A stretch of DNA of 64,000 bases from Eubacteriales bacterium (lineage in GTDB: Bacteria; Bacillota; Clostridia; Oscillospirales; CAG-272): positions 3,952-67,951 of the forward strand of contig JAZRGT010000031.1 in the NCBI GenBank assembly GCA_045644325.1, written 5' to 3'. Each line of letters starts with the position of its first letter. Position 1 is the stretch's first letter. The position numbers were made by a program, and so were the translations under genes. The notes beneath the pieces are model-generated. The model ran no database searches, had not been told where the DNA came from, and saw only the letters and a program-made list of their open reading frames with translations. This document shows positions 62,068 through 64,000 of this stretch, piece after piece.

Positions 62068-62328
62068 ATGAAACTTGCCTTGATTGCTATGCGTAAAGTA
62101 AAAAATATCGAGCAATATATACCGAATGACTGCACGGTAATTCTGACAAACATTCAAGAACTCACCTTTACCGATCTCCCCGTCATCTACAACTCAAATC
62201 TCGACGAGCTGATCAAAAACGCAGATTACGTAACCGCGCTTTGCTTCAGAAAAATCAAAAGACGTCCGCCGATAATACCAAGATGCAAACGCTACGCAAA
62301 ATCTTTTGAATTCGTATTCATTGATTGA
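62068..62328 (+). CDS. Hypothetical 86-aa protein (paralog of 6886..7146, opposite orientation)
   Basis: MKLALIAMRK...RCKRYAKSFEFVFID. A GGAGA ribosome-binding site is present, and an AGTATACT octamer lies at 62034-41 upstream. Confidence 0.6.
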   Translation: MKLALIAMRKVKNIEQYIPNDCTVILTNIQELTFTDLPVIYNSNLDELIKNADYVTALCFRKIKRRPPIIPRCKRYAKSFEFVFID

Positions 62329-62361
62329 ATCAAAAAAATTCCTCGTCCTTGCTAAAATATA

Positions 62362-62390
62362 TTGCATTCCCACTCGATCTGTGCTATAAT
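62362..62390 (+). promoter_or_regulatory. Promoter of the edge-truncated SGNH-like lipoprotein gene
   Basis: TTGCAT-17 nt-TGcTATAAT. Confidence 0.6.
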
Positions 62391-62418
62391 TAAACTAACA
62401 ATCGAAAGGAATGTCTTA

Positions 62419-64000
62419 ATGATGAAAAAGTTCTTATCCTTATTCCTTGCCATATTACTTGCCTTTTCTGCCGTTTCCTGCGTTGGGGGCGGGGAGGAGA
62501 CTGAGGCGGGAGAAACCGATTCCGCGACCGATCCCATCGAGACCACAGAGGCACCGACAGTAACCGAAGCACCCGAAACCACAGAAGAAATCAAGGAGGA
62601 CGAAGCTTTGAATATCCTTTTCCTCGGCAACAGCCTGATGTATTATAACGATATGCCCGAGCTTTTCGCGAAAATTGCGGCGGCGAACGGCAAAAAGGTA
62701 AACGTAAAATCCGTCACCAAGGGCTCGGCGACCATTTCCGACTTCACCGACGAGCGCACCGAGGTCGGCGCGCAGGCGATCCCGCTTCTCAAAAATCAGC
62801 CGTGGGATCTTGTCATAATCGAGCCCTCTCGCCGAATCTCTCCCTATGAAAACACCGTTAAAGAGACCGAGCTCGCATCCGCGAAGAAGATTCAGGAGCT
62901 CGCGAAAGCCGCGGGCGGCGACGTGCTTCTCTACTCCGTTTGGGGCAACAACAACGGAAACGTCGAGGAATACAAGGCGAACAACCCGACGAGTATGACC
63001 AAGGTCGCAAGTCACCTGATGGGCAGAAAGTCGCACACCAAGTTTATGCACGAGGTCAACCTCGAGTTCGCGGCGGCACTCGGCGTAAAGCTCGCGCCTG
63101 CGGGCTACGCATTTGAAAACTGCATCGCGAAATACCCCACGCTGAATCTTTACGATGCCGACGAGCGCCATCCCTCGCCGATCGGTTCCTACCTTGCCGC
63201 GGCTGTCATTTACGCGACCGTTTTTGAGGAAAACGTTGAAAAGATCGTCTACGCGATCGGCAACGCGCCCGCTTCGGGCGTGCTTGAGGGCATCGCGAAC
63301 GATACCGTCCTCGGCGGTCTTATTCCCGATCTCACCGAAGCGGAATCTGACAAGTCCTTCAATCTCCTCATCGTCGGCTCGAATCTTATGGATGACTACG
63401 CCTGCGCGAGCGTTTTTGCAAAGCTCGTAAAGGAAGCAGACGGCAGAACCGTCGTTTCGCAGTACGTCAACTCCTCGACCTTTGTTATCAACAATCTTGT
63501 CAACGAGAAAAACGACCTCGGACTCCGTGCCGCGCTTGCCGAGACCGAGTGGGATGCCATCATCATTCAGATCACACGCCGCTGCACGAAGTCGGCAACC
63601 GACGTTGAGGAAAGCGAGCTGAACGCGCTCCGCGCGGTAATGCCCCTCCTCAAGGCGGAGACCGACAAGATCTACCTCTTCACGCTCAACAGCAAGGCAA
63701 AACCCGGAATCTTCACGACCGCGGGCGGTGCCGTCGGCTACACCGACACGGGCAAGAAGGAAACCTACTCCGCAGAAGAAGGCAGCGCGTATTTCAAGGC
63801 ACTTGCCGACAGATGGGCGGCTGAATTCTCGGTCGGCGTCATCAACTACGGCGAGGCGTACCTCGACTACAAGGACCCCGAGAAGATCGGGCTCGGCTAC
63901 CTTCAGGCTTGCATGATCTACAACACCATCTTCGGTAAGGCTCTACCCGAGACCGTCACCGAAACGAACGGCAACTCCGCCGCAGTTGCAAAGAATCTGC
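62419..64000 (+). CDS. Lipoprotein with tandem SGNH/GDSL-like esterase-type domains (3' end beyond the window; absent from the ORF track)
   Basis: My own translation from the ATG at 62419 gives MMKKFLSLFLAILLAFSAVSCVGG... with no stop up to 64000. It carries NILFLGNSLMYYNDMP and DERHPSPIGSYLAAAVIYATVF, then a second NLLIVGSNLMDD block. Confidence 0.75.
   Translation, partial: MMKKFLSLFLAILLAFSAVSCVGGGEETEAGETDSATDPIETTEAPTVTEAPETTEEIKEDEALNILFLGNSLMYYNDMPELFAKIAAANGKKVNVKSVTKGSATISDFTDERTEVGAQAIPLLKNQPWDLVIIEPSRRISPYENTVKETELASAKKIQELAKAAGGDVLLYSVWGNNNGNVEEYKANNPTSMTKVASHLMGRKSHTKFMHEVNLEFAAALGVKLAPAGYAFENCIAKYPTLNLYDADERHPSPIGSYLAAAVIYATVFEENVEKIVYAIGNAPASGVLEGIANDTVLGGLIPDLTEAESDKSFNLLIVGSNLMDDYACASVFAKLVKEADGRTVVSQYVNSSTFVINNLVNEKNDLGLRAALAETEWDAIIIQITRRCTKSATDVEESELNALRAVMPLLKAETDKIYLFTLNSKAKPGIFTTAGGAVGYTDTGKKETYSAEEGSAYFKALADRWAAEFSVGVINYGEAYLDYKDPEKIGLGYLQACMIYNTIFGKALPETVTETNGNSAAVAKNL

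Noticed and set aside
62455-63171. 238-aa minus-strand ORF (and 62352..62630)
   Set aside because: Both are antisense to the open plus-strand lipoprotein frame starting at 62419. That frame has a promoter, ribosome-binding site, lipobox and SGNH-like motifs.

Overview
The window is 64 kb of a moderately GC-rich, Firmicutes/Clostridia-like anaerobe chromosome. That guess rests on GGAGG ribosome-binding sites, lipoprotein solute-binding proteins, reverse rubrerythrin, and GH130/GH78/GH43 genes. All family calls come from motif recognition by eye, with no searches run.

Most of the window is glycan-utilisation and housekeeping-type accessory genes:
- GH43, a heparinase II/III-like protein, GH130, GH78, and a ceramidase-like protein
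- three roughly 500-aa sugar-type SBP lipoproteins with no permease genes anywhere in the window
- two AraC regulators, tandem TlpA-like thiol-disulfide oxidoreductases, an SGNH hydrolase, a HAD-IIA phosphatase, and an aldo/keto reductase
- a corrinoid protein plus URO-D-family methyltransferase cluster

The outstanding feature is a visibly AT-rich island at about 20.7-42.3 kb. Its core (25057-42240, minus strand) is a tightly packed 13-gene operon with one consensus promoter and one terminator. In transcription order it encodes:
- an SNF2 helicase
- a multi-zinc-ribbon protein
- a TM protein with an LRR tail
- a second zinc-ribbon protein
- a TM coiled-coil protein
- an Hsp70-like ATPase
- a 179-aa hypothetical protein
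- two ESCRT-III-like helical proteins
- a Vps4/katanin-type AAA+ ATPase
- a trypsin-fold protease
- a RuvB-like AAA+ ATPase with a long N-terminal extension
- a 130-aa hypothetical protein

I cannot map this architecture onto any defence or conflict system I know, and I flag it as the candidate novel system.

Other notable items:
- an orphan Card1/Can2-like CARF nuclease
- a SAMHD1-like HD dNTPase
- a MITE-like palindromic repeat family (3 copies)
- three copies of the rubrerythrin 3' end plus terminator
- an inverted pair of 86-aa paralogs 55 kb apart that share AGTATACT operator-like palindromes
- a strongly promoted, nested-helix candidate ncRNA
- a tandem hairpin array
- an AraC regulator reading in frame into a corrinoid-binding protein

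Two edge-truncated genes are absent from the ORF track: MarR at 1-270 (minus strand) and an SGNH-like lipoprotein at 62419-64000 (plus strand). No rRNA, tRNA, CRISPR array, integrase or transposase was seen.
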